Positions 20,866 to 21,307 of a DNA stretch of 21,307 nt are shown piece after piece. The notes under the pieces are model-generated. The model did no database searches. It saw only the letters and a list, made by a program, of their open reading frames with translations, and was not told the DNA's origin. Within the stretch, counting starts at the first letter, position 1, and each line of letters begins with the position of its first letter. A program made the position numbers and the translations under genes. This DNA comes from Paraphysomonas bandaiensis (lineage: Eukaryota; Protista; Chrysophyceae): positions 1-21,307 of the forward strand of contig CBFFRP010000311.1 in the NCBI GenBank assembly GCA_965644295.1, written 5' to 3'.

Positions 20866-21307
20866 TTTATCTAGGGGTTGCCCGGTATGTTCCTAACAGA
20901 CCTTACCACTGAAAGGAGGAACTATCTGCATGTTTATTGATATTTCCAGCTAGCTGTATAGTCACATCGTAGAGAAATACGTACTTGGATCGAAAATACA
21001 ACACTGATACTACAGATCAATCAAACACTCACGGATCCAGTTCGCCCGTTGTCCTCCGTTCAAACTACACTACAGGTAGGCAAAAGACAAGTCTCTTTGC
21101 AAATACTACAGAAATCGTTAGTGATAGAAAATTATGGTGTCTCCCTACAACACAATAATACTACAGCTGATCATGTTCTACTGTACACTCTCACTCGTAT
21201 CCTACAGAGTCACACATGTACAATGACTGAAAACATAATCACTGTAACAAAAACGAATGTGCACGTTGACTTTCATTTCCATCACTCGAAGACTTCTATA
21301 CCGAATC

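Noticed and set aside
1-21307. CRISPR array, tRNA/rRNA genes or prokaryotic operon/defence system
   Set aside because: I saw no regularly spaced direct repeats or RNA-gene signatures, and the genes contain spliceosomal introns.

Overview
Eukaryotic genomic DNA with short (43-58 nt) GT-AG introns. The gene content is consistent with a protist, possibly a stramenopile or alga (inference). From left to right: (1) the end of a probable LTR (1-573) that appears to be inserted into, and to truncate, (2) a minus-strand Ty1/copia retrotransposon with gag, protease and integrase but no RT/RNaseH in the window; (3) a 7-exon, ~2690-aa USP9/24/34-like deubiquitinase on the minus strand, with a duplicated unnamed ~110-aa domain at both ends, a UBL, a Tudor-like insert in the catalytic domain and an EF-hand; (4) a divergently transcribed 5-exon exportin-7/RanBP16 gene (~1110 aa); (5) a 448-bp non-coding fold-back element with ~70-bp terminal inverted repeats whose substitutions are all transitions; (6) a minus-strand gene fusing a PLAC8 Cys-rich domain to a PrsW-family intramembrane protease. 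Splice junctions were worked out by hand and each spliced model restores a continuous frame. No database searches were run.
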